A stretch of 64,000 nucleotides of DNA from Squalus acanthias. Taxonomy: Eukaryota. The stretch covers positions 13,704,001 to 13,768,000 of the forward strand of contig CM059433.1 of assembly GCA_030390025.1 (NCBI GenBank). The letters run 5' to 3'. The notes beneath the pieces were generated by a model. That model was not told where the DNA came from. It saw only the letters and a program-made list of their open reading frames with translations, and did not search any database. Shown piece after piece: positions 25,369-38,000 of this stretch (its first letter is position 1; each line of letters starts with the position of its first letter). The position numbers and the translations under genes are program-made.

Positions 25369-26862
25369 GGGCTGAGTTTTGCCGGCGCTCAGAGGGCAGG
25401 TTCGGAGGCGGGTCTGCTGTCAAGATGGCAGTGATTGACAGCGGGGTGGAAGTCCGCTCTGAACCCGCCTCCTTGTTAATTTCCCCAGTGCCGGCTCTGC
25501 CGATTTGCAGACCCGGCACTAAGAGGCGGGTCAGGCAATTGAAATACTTAAGATACTTAAGAAGCTGCTTAAAGGTATTTAAGCAGCATTTTACCAGGTC
25601 CTAACGATGTTTCCTTGTTTTTTACGAGGTTCCCGGTGCTCGAGTATCACGCCAGGTAAGTGTGTCGGGTTCTCAATGACTCTCCATTGCTGTGAATACT
25701 TGACAGCTGCAAAAGTGATATAAAAGCAACCATTTCACAGCTGTTCAATTTCCAATCTTAGAAGCTGGAGCCTTCAGGATTTGGAATACACTTTTCAGCT
25801 TTATGGAGTTTTGAAGTGTTTGGAGCAAACTCTCGACCCAGTGTCACCTCCTTGGAGCAACCTGACAGATCGCTTCTGTCATCTCAACTTCAGTTGCCAC
25901 CTTGAAAAAATCTCACCTTGGTCCTCAGAATCCCACCACGATCAGCCCCAACACCAGCATCACCAGGCACACCAGCAGCACCAACAACAGCACCAACCTT
26001 CTCCGCAATTAACTGATGCTGCATAGGACACAGGGCATCAGCACCCGACCACATTGCTGCCTGGGAGGCCAGCGATGGCCTCACCATGGCCAGATTTACT
26101 TCAGTTGACACTGTACACCCTGGCTGCCACATGATGCGCCAGGTTGGCATCATCCCACACCAACACCATAAAGCATCCCTACAATGCTCAAGCCATTCCT
26201 TTCACACTCTGCACCATTGCGGGGGGTACTGTTATGTCTCACCATTCATTCCAACTCACTAAGTCACTTCCAAAGGTACACACAGATTTTCCCAAGAAGG
26301 CAAAGTGTTGAAAATAAAGATTTCAATGTTTGACAACACATTAACAGAAACGTTTTTATGAACATTGGTGATAACACCCAACTGCCTACCCTTGTGTGTT
26401 GTTAGTTGGTATGATTGCACTAGGATGAGTATGAGTGTGAGGGGTGGCTAGTGAGATGGGGAAGTGATAATGTAGATAGAGAGGGATGGGTGGAGGTGCA
26501 AGGTAAGTTGGTGTGAGTAAGGATGTGCAGGAGTAGGGTAGGGAAGGCAGAGTGTTGGGGATGTGATGAGTGGCACAGCAGGATCAGGCTGAGTGTGGCT
26601 TTGCAGTAACGTTTTGTGATCTACTGAGATCATTGAAAGGTTTGCGCCACTGCCGCCTGGTCCTCCTGACCACATCCCTGCTTGTGTCCTCCTCTGCAAT
26701 GTGCAACCAGGCTGCGTTGGTCTCCTGGGGAGGTCTCTTCCGCCCATTGGAAGGGAAGAGAGCCTCCCTGCGTTCTGTGACTCCCTCCATAAGCATATGG
26801 GGTCCCCACTCGTCAAGGACGTGGCCCGCCGCAGACCCGCCGAGGTTGGAAAGATCCAGCCC
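25369..26862. mobile_element. Harbinger deletion derivative with remnants of both genes
   Basis: GGGCTGAGTTTT...AAAGATCCAGCCC and TSD TCA. The minus strand holds a Myb/SANT exon remnant (26584-26796, EGVTERREALFP...AWLHIAEE...RKPFNDL). The plus strand has a Q/H-rich leader fused to HIAAWEASDGLTMARFTS, which resembles a transposase C-terminus, followed by AATAAA at ~26313. Confidence 0.8.
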
Positions 26863-26865
26863 TCA

Positions 26866-27782
26866 GTGTGGAGTTTCTCCTCGGGGCACAATCAGAAAAT
26901 TGAGCCCAGAATGTGCTGGAAGCTGCGCCGGTTTCGCCGAGGTGAAGTTACGCTCCAGCTTCCGCGCAAGCTCATTAGCATAAGCCCAAATGTAAAATCT
27001 CCCGTAAACCAGCGCATTCGAGCGGCGGAAGCGAAAGTAAACGATTTGTGACTGGAACAGGGCAGATGGAGCCTGATGGGGTTGGTGTGGGCTCATATAA
27101 GAGACAATGAAAGGCAAAATTCCCTTCAGAGTGAGGATGACGATCAAACTTTTTACAGCTTTTACATTTAAATCACTCCCCTGAGCAGGAAATGAGCCAC
27201 TTTGCCTGGTGCAGCAGCAGGCCCGATGGTTTACAATTGACTGCTGCTCAGGGCTGTCTGGACTGAGCCAGTTACCGCAGCAGAACAGGACACATCTCCG
27301 TGGCTTCAATTGACTGCCGGCTGGTCACAGGTGTTGTGCACAAAGGGCAGATCAATTGCCTGAATGTAAACTGGTTTTAAATTGATTGCTTCAAGTGTTT
27401 GCTGCAGCTGAAGAAACGGGCTTGTGGGCTTGAAGTGACTGCTTGTCACTGGAGGTCCCTGTGATTAAGGCTGGATTCACATGACGACGGGCGCCTGTGG
27501 CCTGAGTATCTGGGTGCAATGTGACAACCTCCCCGAACGGGCCCAATCGGCGCAAACTCTCCTCTCCCACCGGGGAGGCGCGGCCAGTTTTGTGGGCGGG
27601 GAATGCCTCGGGTGAAGGGATTTTTTTTGACCAGCAGAGAAGAATCGCAGATACCCATTTGCAAAGTGGTTGTGGCTGCAACTTACTTATGCTTAAAATT
27701 CGGCAATCTTTCGCGCTATTGCATCTCATTCTGCCCAGATTCCCCTGTTATATTAGTGGAAGTCATGCGGAACTCGAGGCCC
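26866..27782. mobile_element. Second Harbinger-type element in tandem at the same TCA site
   Basis: Bounded by TCA at 26863-26865 and 27783-27785. Degenerate termini GTGTGGAGTTTC...GGAACTCGAGGCCC. The host SINE resumes exactly after it. Confidence 0.65.
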
Positions 27783-28114
27783 TCATCTGAAAGGTGGCAC
27801 CTCTGGTAGTGTCAGCCTAGATTATATGCGCAAGTCTCTGCAGTGGGACTTGGTACAACTGGGACTATATAAATGAAAGTTGTTGTTGATGCATGTATCA
27901 AAATTAAAAATATTATTTTTTGTGACAATATTTTGAAAATACTGTGCTCGAGTTTATAGAAACTTTGACTTCTTTGGGGCTGGAGACTAGTTTTAGCTCA
28001 TTTAAGGGTCTGTAACCATTAGTAGAATACTGCTCCTCCTGACTCCACAGAAATTATTTTTTAAATGGGCATCTCCCAGCAGCTCGCCAGCACCGGCTCT
28101 CGGGCAAGCCATTA

Positions 28115-28400
28115 AAGGGGAGCAGTCGGGTCAGGAGGGATGGAGGGAGGAAGAGCGGTCGGGTCAAGAAGGAAGGGGTTAGGGTCAGGGGGGCGGGGAC
28201 TGGTCGGGAGGAAGGGGAGAGCGGTCAGGAGGGAGGGAAGGAGGGAGGGCAGTCGGGAGGAAGGGAGGGAGGGAGAGCGGTCGGGAGCGAGGGCGGTTGG
28301 GTCGCGAGGAGGAGCGGGCAGGAGGGAGGGCGGGAGGGAGTGCAATGGCTGAGAGGATGGAGACATTGGTGATCAGGAAGGGTGGGTTAGCGATCGGGGA
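28115..28400. repeat. Purine/G-rich low-complexity tract
   Basis: Degenerate GGGA/GGAGG/GGTCGGGAG repeats. Confidence 0.7.
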
Positions 28401-29464
28401 GGTCAGGTGACAGGTTCCGTGAGGCAGAGGCTGGAATCTGGCTCTCCCATGGGGCTTTTACTGTATCTGGCCCTTTAATGGTGCTGCTGCTTTTAAAGCC
28501 AGAATTTCCCCAGATCCTCCTGCCCGTACTGACCTTGCGAACTTCACCCTTTTCATGATAATGGAGGCCCTCCCCGGCATCACACGTTATCTTTGACTGC
28601 CCGGCCGAACAAACTATCCTCAAATTCCTCTCGCCCTGGAAATCCTACCAGATGTTGTTTTATCTGTTACTTTGAAGCAATACATTTATTTTTTTTTGCA
28701 CGACACTCTGTCCAGGATATGAGCAAAAAGTACATGAGCAAGGGAGCCTGGTCTCAGACGAACCCTTTGTTCACAGGGGCTTCTGGTTGTTTCCCCTCAA
28801 CTGTCTCTAAATAAACCATATCGCAAAAGAGGGGGAGGTTTCACCGTAATCAACAGGGCCTCTGTTGGTGTAAAATATAGAGATTGTTCAATGGAGTAGA
28901 GACAGGAAAGCTCAGTTTATTATTTGGGTGAGAAGGAGCTAATGGGCAGCTGATGAAATTTTGAGTTAGTTATTTAGATCTTCCCATGAGGGGAATGAGG
29001 TGACGATTTCAGTTTGCGCTATTGGGTGTTGTATTTTGCATTATGTGTAACAATGATACAATGATCATTTTCAGCAGATGTCTGCTTATTGTGCTTCAAC
29101 TCCTTCCCAGCCACAGGAGCCATCGTGTGAATAGATCCGCTAATACTTGCCATGGGTCTTGTGAAATACTTTGTGTGGCTGACTGAGTCTCTATGGGAGC
29201 TTAGTCTCACCCGGGCTGCTGGATGAGATGTCTATGATTAGCTGCGATTGCTGGAAATGGTGAACAGATTCTTTAATACAAATACACAAAGCCCTGGAGT
29301 CCATTTGCACTAACCAGTAAAAGCACTAAAAATGTAATCGCATAGAACAGGAAGATGTTTCTGCTCCCTTTGTTTTATCCGCTCAGGCCACTTACAGATA
29401 TGGAGATAGCGTCCCTTCTCTGCTGCAGAATTTTCTTTTTAGTTTTATTACTTTTACAGAGAAT

Positions 29465-30592
29465 GTGCTGCTGATACAAAGCTGGGTGGGCATGTAAGTT
29501 GTGAGGAGGATGCAAAGAGGTTTCAAGGGGATATAGACAGGCTAAGTGAGTGGGCAAGAACATGACAAATGGAATATAATGTGGAAAAATGTGAAGTTAT
29601 CCACTTTGGTAGGAAAAATAGAAAAGCAGAGTATTTTTTTTAATTGGTGAGAGATTGGGAAATGTTGGTGTTCAGAGAGACCTGGCTGTCCTTGTACACG
29701 AATCACTGAAAGTTAACATGCAGGTACAACAAGCAATTAGGAAAGCAAATGGATTTGAATATAAGAGTAAAGACATCTTACTGCAATTATATAGGGCCCT
29801 GGTGAGACCACACCTGGAGTACTGTGTGACATGAATCTTGTCATTCATGTGGAAATGACTTATGAAGTAATACTGGGCGGCCTGCTGGTGGCACTGTCCA
29901 GGGAGAGTATAAATACTCGGGCATGGGCCCAGCTTGCTCAGGACATTCCTTAACAGGAACTACAGAAGGACACAACTAGATCTCCATGTTGAAAAACAAT
30001 TGATTAAAGCTTTGTTTAACGCTTAGACCAAGTGCCTAGTAGTTTTCTTACGTCACTGTGTACAGTTTTGGTCTCCTTCCTATAGTTGCCATAGAGGGAG
30101 TGCAATGAAGGTTCACCAGACTGGTTCCTGGGAGGGGGGATTGTCCTATGAGGAGATATTGAGTAGACTAGGCCTATATTCTCGAGAGGTTAGAAAAATG
30201 AGAGGTGATCCGATTGAAACATACAAAATTCTTACAGGGCTTAACAGGGTAGATGCAGGGAGGATGTTCCCCTGGCTGGGGAGTCTAGAACCAGGAGTCA
30301 CAGTCTCAGAATAATGGGTCGGCCATTTATACTGAGATGAGGAGAAATTTCTTCACTCAGAGGGTGGTGAATCTTTGGAATTCTCTACTCCAGAGGGCTG
30401 TGGAGGTTCGGTCGTTGAGTATATTCAAGACAGAGATCGATAGATTTTTGAATATTAAGGGAATCAAGGGATATGGGGATAGTGCAGGAAAGTGGAGTTG
30501 AGGTAGAAGATCAGCCATGATCTTATTGAATGGTGGAGCAGGCTCGAAGGGCCAAATGGCCTACTCCTGCTCTTATTTCTTATGTTCTTATG
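29465..30592 (+). mobile_element. CR1 LINE 3' fragment containing the solo LTR
   Basis: TKLGG...LQGDIDRLSEWA...RPHLEYC remnants and the standard 3'UTR. Confidence 0.88.
29827..30055 (+). mobile_element. Solo LTR (229 bp) inside a CR1 fragment
   Basis: TGAC...GTCA termini, 5-bp TSD CTGTG (29822-29826 and 30056-30060), TATAAATA at 29908-29915 and ATTAAA at 30003-30008. Confidence 0.8.
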
Positions 30593-31087
30593 TGGTGATC
30601 TCATGAGGCACAAAAAGAGCAATGGTGAGTTTAACAGCAGAGCGGAGGAAGAGATGGAATATGACTGGTGTTGCACATTAGTTCAGATGTTGAGCATTAA
30701 AGCAGGCTTCAGTGTCCAAAGTCTTTAGGGAGGATGCAGAAATCAGGCAGGATACTGGCTGCTGGTTCTTGTCCGATGGGCTGTGTATGTGAACGTTGGG
30801 TTAGATTTGGGCTGTGATCAGCTTTGAGGACCTCCAGATACTCCACTAGCGCTCATTGCATTTGCAAGTTTTATGACTGTAATGCTGGTGCTTTATTCAG
30901 TGAATGAGCTGAAAACAAACAAAAACGATCGATGAGTCAAGAGTTTCCCTCAATTTGCCACGGTCGAAGAACCCACTTACACTGCAGCTACCAGCCTGAA
31001 CTGCAGTTCGGATTTTGGCCAGGTACTACCCACTTTGTGGCTGAAACATCAGTTCTTCTAGCTAGAAGGGTGCATGAGTGCTTGTAC

Positions 31088-31432
31088 ACTAGGGTAGATG
31101 CTGAGAGGTTGTTTCCCCTTACTGGAGAGTCTAGAACTAGGGGGCATAGTCTCAGCCAGTTAAGGGGTTGGCCATTTAAGACTGAGATGAGGAGGAATTT
31201 CTTCACTCAGAGGGTTGTGAATCTTTGGAATTCTCTACCCCAAAGGACTGTGGATGCTGGATCGCTGAGTATATTCAAGGTTGAGATAGATAGATTTTTG
31301 GACTCTAGGGGAATCAAAGGATATGGAGATCGGGCAGGAAAGTGGAGTTGAGGTCGAAGATGAGCCATGATCTTATTGAAAGGCTCGAGGGGCCGTATGG
31401 CCTACTCTTGCTCCTAATTCTTATGTTCTCAT
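31088..31432 (+). mobile_element. CR1 LINE 3' fragment
   Basis: RVDAERLFPL...NFFTQRVVNLWNSLP. Confidence 0.88.
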
Positions 31433-31463
31433 GGGCCACCCACACTTCCCTGCTAGCAAGGAG

Positions 31464-33019
31464 CTAGAGAGCACCTTGCTGCACAGCAGTGGGGCCATGA
31501 GGACCCACGTCTATGTTGACATCCCTCTTAGAGAGGAGGTCTATGAGCCTCTGCCATCTATTCTCGATAGATAGTGAGCTATTCTCCATAGAGACCATGT
31601 GCTCCTGTGAGTGGTGCATTAGCTGCTCCATGCAGGTGGCCATCCTATCCATGGAAGAGCCTACAGTCGCCATCGCCTGCGACACGGTGGTGCTCATGTT
31701 GGAGATGGACTCCTTCATACTCTGAACATTTGCAGACATCGCGTTCCCAAAACGTGTCAAAGCCTCCTGCACTTCTTGTTGCACCTCCAGGATCACCCTC
31801 TTTCTGGATGGCCCCCGAGGCTCAGCGTCTGCATGCAGCTGAGCAGAGCTGGGAGCGTCCTGCGCCCTCCGGCGAGGAGTCTTCACTGCTGTCCCTGTCT
31901 CCACCATCTGCTCTTGATCACTTGTGAGTTGTGAGACACCAGGTGACAACACTACTCTATCTCGTGTTGCACCCACTGAGGTGTGTGTACCTGCGCTGGT
32001 GCTGGGTGCGCTTATATCTGCTGATGGTGAACCCTCAGAGAATGGAGCTTCATCTGAGGAGTCGTCTTGCTCTTCCTCTTGGACAGTGGGGGGCGATGGG
32101 AGTGGGGGGGCTCTTGATAGACCTGTGGAGAGTAAAGAGATGAGTTAGATATGTCATATCAAGAATGGGTACAGATACCATTAGGCACATGATGAACATT
32201 CACCGACTGCTGACATCAGTCCCCATATGAGTGACTGCTGTATGCCATGTGGCTGTATGAGATGTAATTCTGTCACCAGGTTGCTGAGCTGTCCCCCTCT
32301 CTCTGTCGCCCACCTCCAGCTGCTCTGTGACTCCTGACATTTCCAAAGCAACCTCCTCTGCTGCTGTTAAGGTGGCCTATGATGGAGGGCCACCTCCGGT
32401 TGTCTCCCTATCTCTCTTATTATGGGCTCTCTTTTGTTGCAAGGAGGGGAAGAAGTGAAGGCTGAGTTAGAGTGATGAAATGAGTGTAAGGAATGGATGG
32501 GTTACATCTTTCGAGGTTGACTATGATGGAGTGTGGTGGGAATGCCAAGTGGCCTCCATGTGTGTTGTTAGTTGGTATGATTGCATTAGGATGAGGGTGA
32601 GTGTGAGGGGTGTTTAGTCAGATGCGGATGTGATAATGTAGATAGAGAGAGAGGGATGGGTGGACGTGCAAGGTAAGTTGGTGTGAGTAATGATGTGCAG
32701 CAGCAGGGTTGGGAAGGCAGAGTGATGGGGAGTTGATGAGAGGCACAGCAGGATGAAGTTGAGTGTGGCTTTATACTCATCTTTCCTGATCAATGAGATC
32801 ATTGAAACGTTTGCGGCACTGCACCCAGGTCCTCCTGACAACATCCCTGCTGTTGACCTCCTCTGCTATTTGGAGCCAGGCTCTTTTGGTCTCCTGGGAA
32901 GGTCTCTTCCACCCATTGGAAGGGAAGAGGACCTCCCTGCTTGCTCTTACTCCCTCCACAAGCATATGGAGGGAGTCGTCGGAGAACCTGGGTGCAGCCC
33001 TCTGTCTCAGTGCAGTCAT
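31464..33019 (-). pseudogene. Harbinger Myb/SANT (trihelix-like) DNA-binding protein gene, three exons, decayed
   Basis: Exon 1 33019-32781: MTALRQRAAPRFSDDSLHMLVEGV...AWLQIAEEVNS...RTWVQCRKRFNDL. Exon 2 32436-32277: KRAHNKRDRETTGGGPPS*ATLTAAEE. Exon 3 32122-31464: acidic region then coiled-coil. Intron 1 donor (ATGAGT) and acceptor (TGCAA) are mutated and there is an in-frame stop. A TIR-like AAAATTCCAGCC lies at ~33289-33300. Confidence 0.8.
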
Positions 33020-33309
33020 GCTTGACACTCTTTGCAACACTCCAATGGTGCAGTGCAGTGCCTGCACTATCCTAGATGAACCTTCAAATGCAATGTGGCC
33101 ATGGCTCCTTCAAATATCCCGGCTGAAGACGTGTCATCGATGACGTCATCAGACCAGCACCATTTAATAGGGCCGGGTAACGCGCAGGGCGGCCTTAATA
33201 GGCGCCATTAACGGATAGTCAATCTCAGGAGCAGGATGGAATGAAGAGCAGGGTCACGACCGCCCACACCTGACCTGCCCAGGTACAGAAAATTCCAGCC
33301 TAAGTGTTC

Positions 33310-33832
33310 AAAGAGTTTGTTTATTTGTTGAAACGGCACTGATTTAAGGTGATTGGCAAAAGAACCAGATGTGATAGGAGGAAAAACTTTTTTATGCAAC
33401 GAGTGGTTAGGATTTGGAATGCGCTGCCTGATCGGGTGGTGGATACAGATTCATAGAAACATAGAAACATAGAAGATAGGAGCAGGAGTAGGCCATTCGG
33501 CCCCTCGAGCCTGCTCCGCCATTTAATGAGATCATGGCTGATCATCCAAATTCAGTACCCTGTCCCTGCTTTCTCCCCATATCCCTTGATCCCCTTAGCC
33601 TCAAGAAATATATCTAACTCCTTCTTGAATATATTTAATGAATTGGCCTCAACTGTCTTCTGTGGTAAATAGTAGCCTTCAAAAGGGAATTGGATAAATG
33701 CTTGAAGGAGAAAAAATTGCGGGGATATGGGGAAAGAGCGGGGGAGTGGGACTGACTGGATTGCTCTTCGAAAGAGCCGGCACAGACTCGATGGGCTGAA
33801 TGGCCTCCTTCAGTGCTGTACTATGATTCTAT
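33310..33832 (+). mobile_element. CR1 3' fragment with a nested antisense CR1 tail (~33454-33668)
   Basis: The host GATTCA|ATAGTAGCC is split by a reverse-oriented CR1 3'UTR. Confidence 0.8.
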
Positions 33833-34506
33833 AACTAAATGTTGCACTTAAATAATTAAATGTCTTGCATTATTTTTCTGGTGCAAACAGTAACGTTTTT
33901 GCCCTCTCCTATCCCAGACCTTGCTTCTGACATAAAGGAAGCTTAAATCCCGAGTGCAATGTGTTCGAGCATTTTTCTCGCCTCCAGACTTAAAAAAAAA
34001 ATCAATAAGCTTGGGACGCCCTCTTTCCTCAAACAAGACCTTATTGTATTAGGTGAAGTTTTTTCCTTTCTTTTGTTTTTATTCTTGTGCCACTAATCCC
34101 AGCTGCTCCTCTCTGCATGATCCATTTCATCTGCTTCATGCTGCCAGAAAGGAAAAGCTTCCTCGTAGAGACGTAAAAGCCCTTGTCCTACCCCTGCTGT
34201 CGCCTGCACGCATCCCACAGGGCTGACTCCTTAGGTGACTATACCTGAGTCATGATTGTTGGCACAATCAATTCATTTTGTTTCAAAACAGGGGACAAGG
34301 CATAGGCAGCCAGATTTAAACTGCATTTTCCATGTTCTTCAATGCCAAAGATTCATTTATCAATGTCAAAGTACAATGCTTTTTATGGAAATAGTTATTA
34401 AAACTTAATAGCTAAATATTGAGTCTGCTACTTTATTCAGTTTTTATAGTAAAAGTAAATGGAAATTCAGTATGAAGGTTTAGGTAGCTCCAATCTATTG
34501 GATATT

Positions 34507-35090
34507 ACATAAGAACATAAGAAATAGGAGCAGGAGTAGGCCATTTGGCCCTTCGAGCCAGCACCGTCATTCAATAAGATCATGGCTGATCTTCTACCTC
34601 ATCTCCACTTTCCTGCACTATCCCCATATCCCTTAATATTCAAAAATCTATCGATCTCTATCTTGCATACACTCAATGACTGAGCCTCCACAGCCCTCTG
34701 GGGTAGAGAATTCTAAAGATTCACCACCCTCTGAGTGAAGAAATTTCTCCTCACCTCAGTCCTAAATGGCCGATCCCTTATCCTAAGACTGTGACCCCTG
34801 GTTCTAGACTCCCCAGCCAGGGGAAACATCCTCCCTGCATCTACCCTGTCAAGCCCTGTAAGAATTTTGTATGTTTCAATGAGATCACCTCTCATTCATC
34901 TAAACTCTAGAGAATATAGGCCAAGTCTACTCAATCTCTCCTCATAGGACAATCCCCCCATCCCAGGAACCAGTCTGGTGAACCTTCGATACACTCCCTC
35001 TATGGCAAGTATATCCTTCCTTAGGTAAGGAGTCCAAAACTGTACACAATACTCCAGCTGTGGTCTGACCAGGGCTCTATATAATTGCAG
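34507..35090 (-). mobile_element. CR1 LINE 3' fragment
   Basis: ORF 34713-34895 plus the tail. Confidence 0.88.
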
Positions 35091-38000
35091 TTACTACAAT
35101 AGTGGCCACAGAAAGTTAAATTTAATTATGGACAAGCATGGTAAACCTATTCCAAGTTGATAACAAATGTAGCAGTGTTTTCTTTGGCGTGCTGAATTTT
35201 CAGTGCATGCATATCCAGAAACTTCTGAACAAGTGTATTTTCACCCAGGAGAAGAATGCTATTGTTGATGGTATGGTTTATGGATTTATAGTCGCTGTAC
35301 ATTAAATTGCGGCCAAGTTCCCAGACGCAGTGCAGGTGGAGCGGGGTGGGCGGGGCAGGATTCCAGGGCCTTCCTCCTTTGCATTGCCCTGTGACTTCCT
35401 GGGATTCCTCCTTTAAGAGAAGCGGAGAGGTTATGCTCTAAAAACAGGCAGCCATGCAAATGAGGCAGGGGTTGGGGGTGGGGTAGGAGGCTGTAACCAG
35501 CCCTGCCCGCCTCATTTTCCTGTGGTAGGGACATTTTGGAATCTTTAATTAAAGATGAAACTAATTGATATCCAGATGAAGAGAAGATCATTAGAAACAG
35601 CCAATGCAGATTTCAGATCGTGCTTGACAAACCTGATAAGCGTTCTTTGGGGAGGGGACAGATATGGTGGATAGGGGAAATGCAGCGGATGTGGTGTACA
35701 TGGACTCTCAGAAAGACTTTGACAAGATACCAAATAGGAAAGTATTGGAGAATTAAGGGGTATGGAATTAGGGGGAGGGCAACAAATTGGATCAAAAACA
35801 GATTAGAAGCTGGAAACAGACTATAGGGGCAATTTTAACTCCCGGGCAGTTGTCTGGTGGAACGTGCGAGTAGATCCTCTGGGAGATGCGGTGGAGGCTC
35901 GCTCTATTTTAACAGCTGGGCCTCGTTTAAATGGAGCCAACGAGCTGCCTCTGGATGCCCGTTTGGCCTGGAGGAATATCATGGGAGGAGTTCTGGAGGG
36001 TTTTTGGAAGGCAAAAGGGAGAGGAGCCCGGGGTGGCAGCAGTCCAAACTATTTTGGTGAGGCTCCCGCTCCTCCTGGTCCCACAAAAATATATATGGGA
36101 GCACTATTCAATTCTTGGATAGGCTTATGCTGTGCAGGGTATTCAGAAAGGCTGATAGGAAAAGAAGCATTTGACATTAAAGAGGAAAAAAAGCTTCCCG
36201 GAGGGATGGAGGAGATGAATCCATACACATGCACTTCCCGGTAGAGGGTACTGGATAGTGGTCTCTATTGGTAAACTTGGATGATTTTTTTCCTCTCCCA
36301 GACCCCAGGAATCTGATGTCAATTGTAGGACTCCCGCTTTCAGTTCAAATGAGGTCAGTTAAGTTAGCATACTGTGGTTTAGACCTGAGATCATGGCTCA
36401 GTACAACTTTGGATAGTACATTTACTAACTACACCATCAAGGGAGTAACCGGGGATAACTTAAGAAATAACAACTTAATAGTTAGAATCATCAGCTTATA
36501 CAATACACTACCATAGAGTGCAATGGAAGAGGTCTCAGCTGCGGTATTCAAAACGGATTTTGATCAATTCCTAATTTAGGAAAAGCTAAAGGGATGTGGG
36601 TTTTAGATAGAAACATAATGAACAGTGATCTGATTGGGTTCTGATGCTGGACCTGGATGATGGAGAATTCTGAATGACCTTATATAATTAAAAAAAAACT
36701 TTACTGGAGTGCATCAGTGGAAGCATTATGTAATAAGGAAGGAATTAATGTTACATTGGCTTGAACCATTACTACACTGGAAGTACATTGTTCTTAGAAT
36801 TTTGTGTTAATGTAGACATTTAATTGACTAGAAAATTTTCTCTTTGACTTACACTACTTTTAAAAATACAATGGAAAGTGAAAAGCTTGATAAAATAAGT
36901 TTTTTTAAAAAGCACTTGTCAGCTTTTGCAAGCAAGTCGCCTTTCAGCTCAAACTGAGATTTGAAATCAAAGTAAGGGAACAAAAAGTTAAAACATCACA
37001 TTCAATGTCTATTGTTTTCTTTTAAACTTTGAAAAGCCACTTGCGTATTCAATAAAAACTTTGCCAATGGCACTTCCTGCTACATACTGTTCTGTAAAAT
37101 TGCATGCTGTTCAATCTTGTATATCAGCTGCCTTTTCTTTTTGTTTTGTTTGCTTTAATGGGCCTCACAGCGAGCAGCCGAGGAGGAAAGCGGACCTAAC
37201 CGGGAACCGGAGCAGAGGCAAGTAAATAAAGAGCACGGTCGGAGAGGGGCCTGAACTCACTGCGAGCAGCCGAGGAGGAAAGCGGACCTAACTGGGAACC
37301 GGAGCAGAGAGGGAAAAAAAATCCAGGAGTGACATCACAGGACAGCTGGTAACTGATTGGTTGGTAAAGGTCACATGTTTTTTTTTTGCTCTTCGAGTTA
37401 GGTTAAATAGCTGGTTAGGGATAAAGCAGGAGCTTGGAGATTAGTAATTGCTAATACTATATTAAATTAGTAACTATTAATAATATATTATATTAATAAC
37501 TAGAATTAGGTACAGCTTCGTCTTAAGTTTCTGTGAAGTTAGTTAACAGCCGAATAAATAAAAGCATGGCAGGGCAGTTCAGTCTCGTGAAATGCACATC
37601 CTGTGCCATGTGGGAAATCCAGGATGCTTCCGATGTCCTGGACAGCCACGTGTGCAGGAAGTGTCGTCAGCTGGAGGAGCTCGAGCTCCGGGTTTCAGAG
37701 CTTGAGCAGCAGCTGGCGTCACTGCGGTGCATCCGCGAGGCTGAGAGCTTCGTGGATAGCACGTTTCAGGAGGTGGTCACCCCGCAACTAAGGAGTGCGC
37801 AGGCAAAGAGGGAACGGGTGACCGCCAGACAGAAGAGGAGGACCAGGCAGGTAGTGCAGGAGTCCCCTGAGTGCATCTTGCTCTCCAACGAATATTCTGT
37901 TCTGAGTACTGGTGAGGGCGATGGTTCCTCTGGGAAGTACAGCCAGAGTCAAGTCCATGGCACCACGGGTGGCTCAGCTGTACAGGGGGGGGAGGAGGAA

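Larger units (their letters stand above)
25065..27850 (-). mobile_element. Deu-domain SINE split by two Harbinger elements
   Basis: 25065-25368 and 27783-27850 join as CCTCGGTTTAACATC-TCA-TCTGAAAG, matching the intact copy at ~5157-5182. Confidence 0.8.

Noticed and set aside
25781..26026. Q/H-rich ORF as a host gene
   Set aside because: It lies inside a TIR/TSD-bounded Harbinger derivative.
28115..28400. Interstitial telomere or functional G-quadruplex
   Set aside because: There is only one TTAGGG. The tract is low-complexity, probably repeat-internal, and I have no evidence of function.
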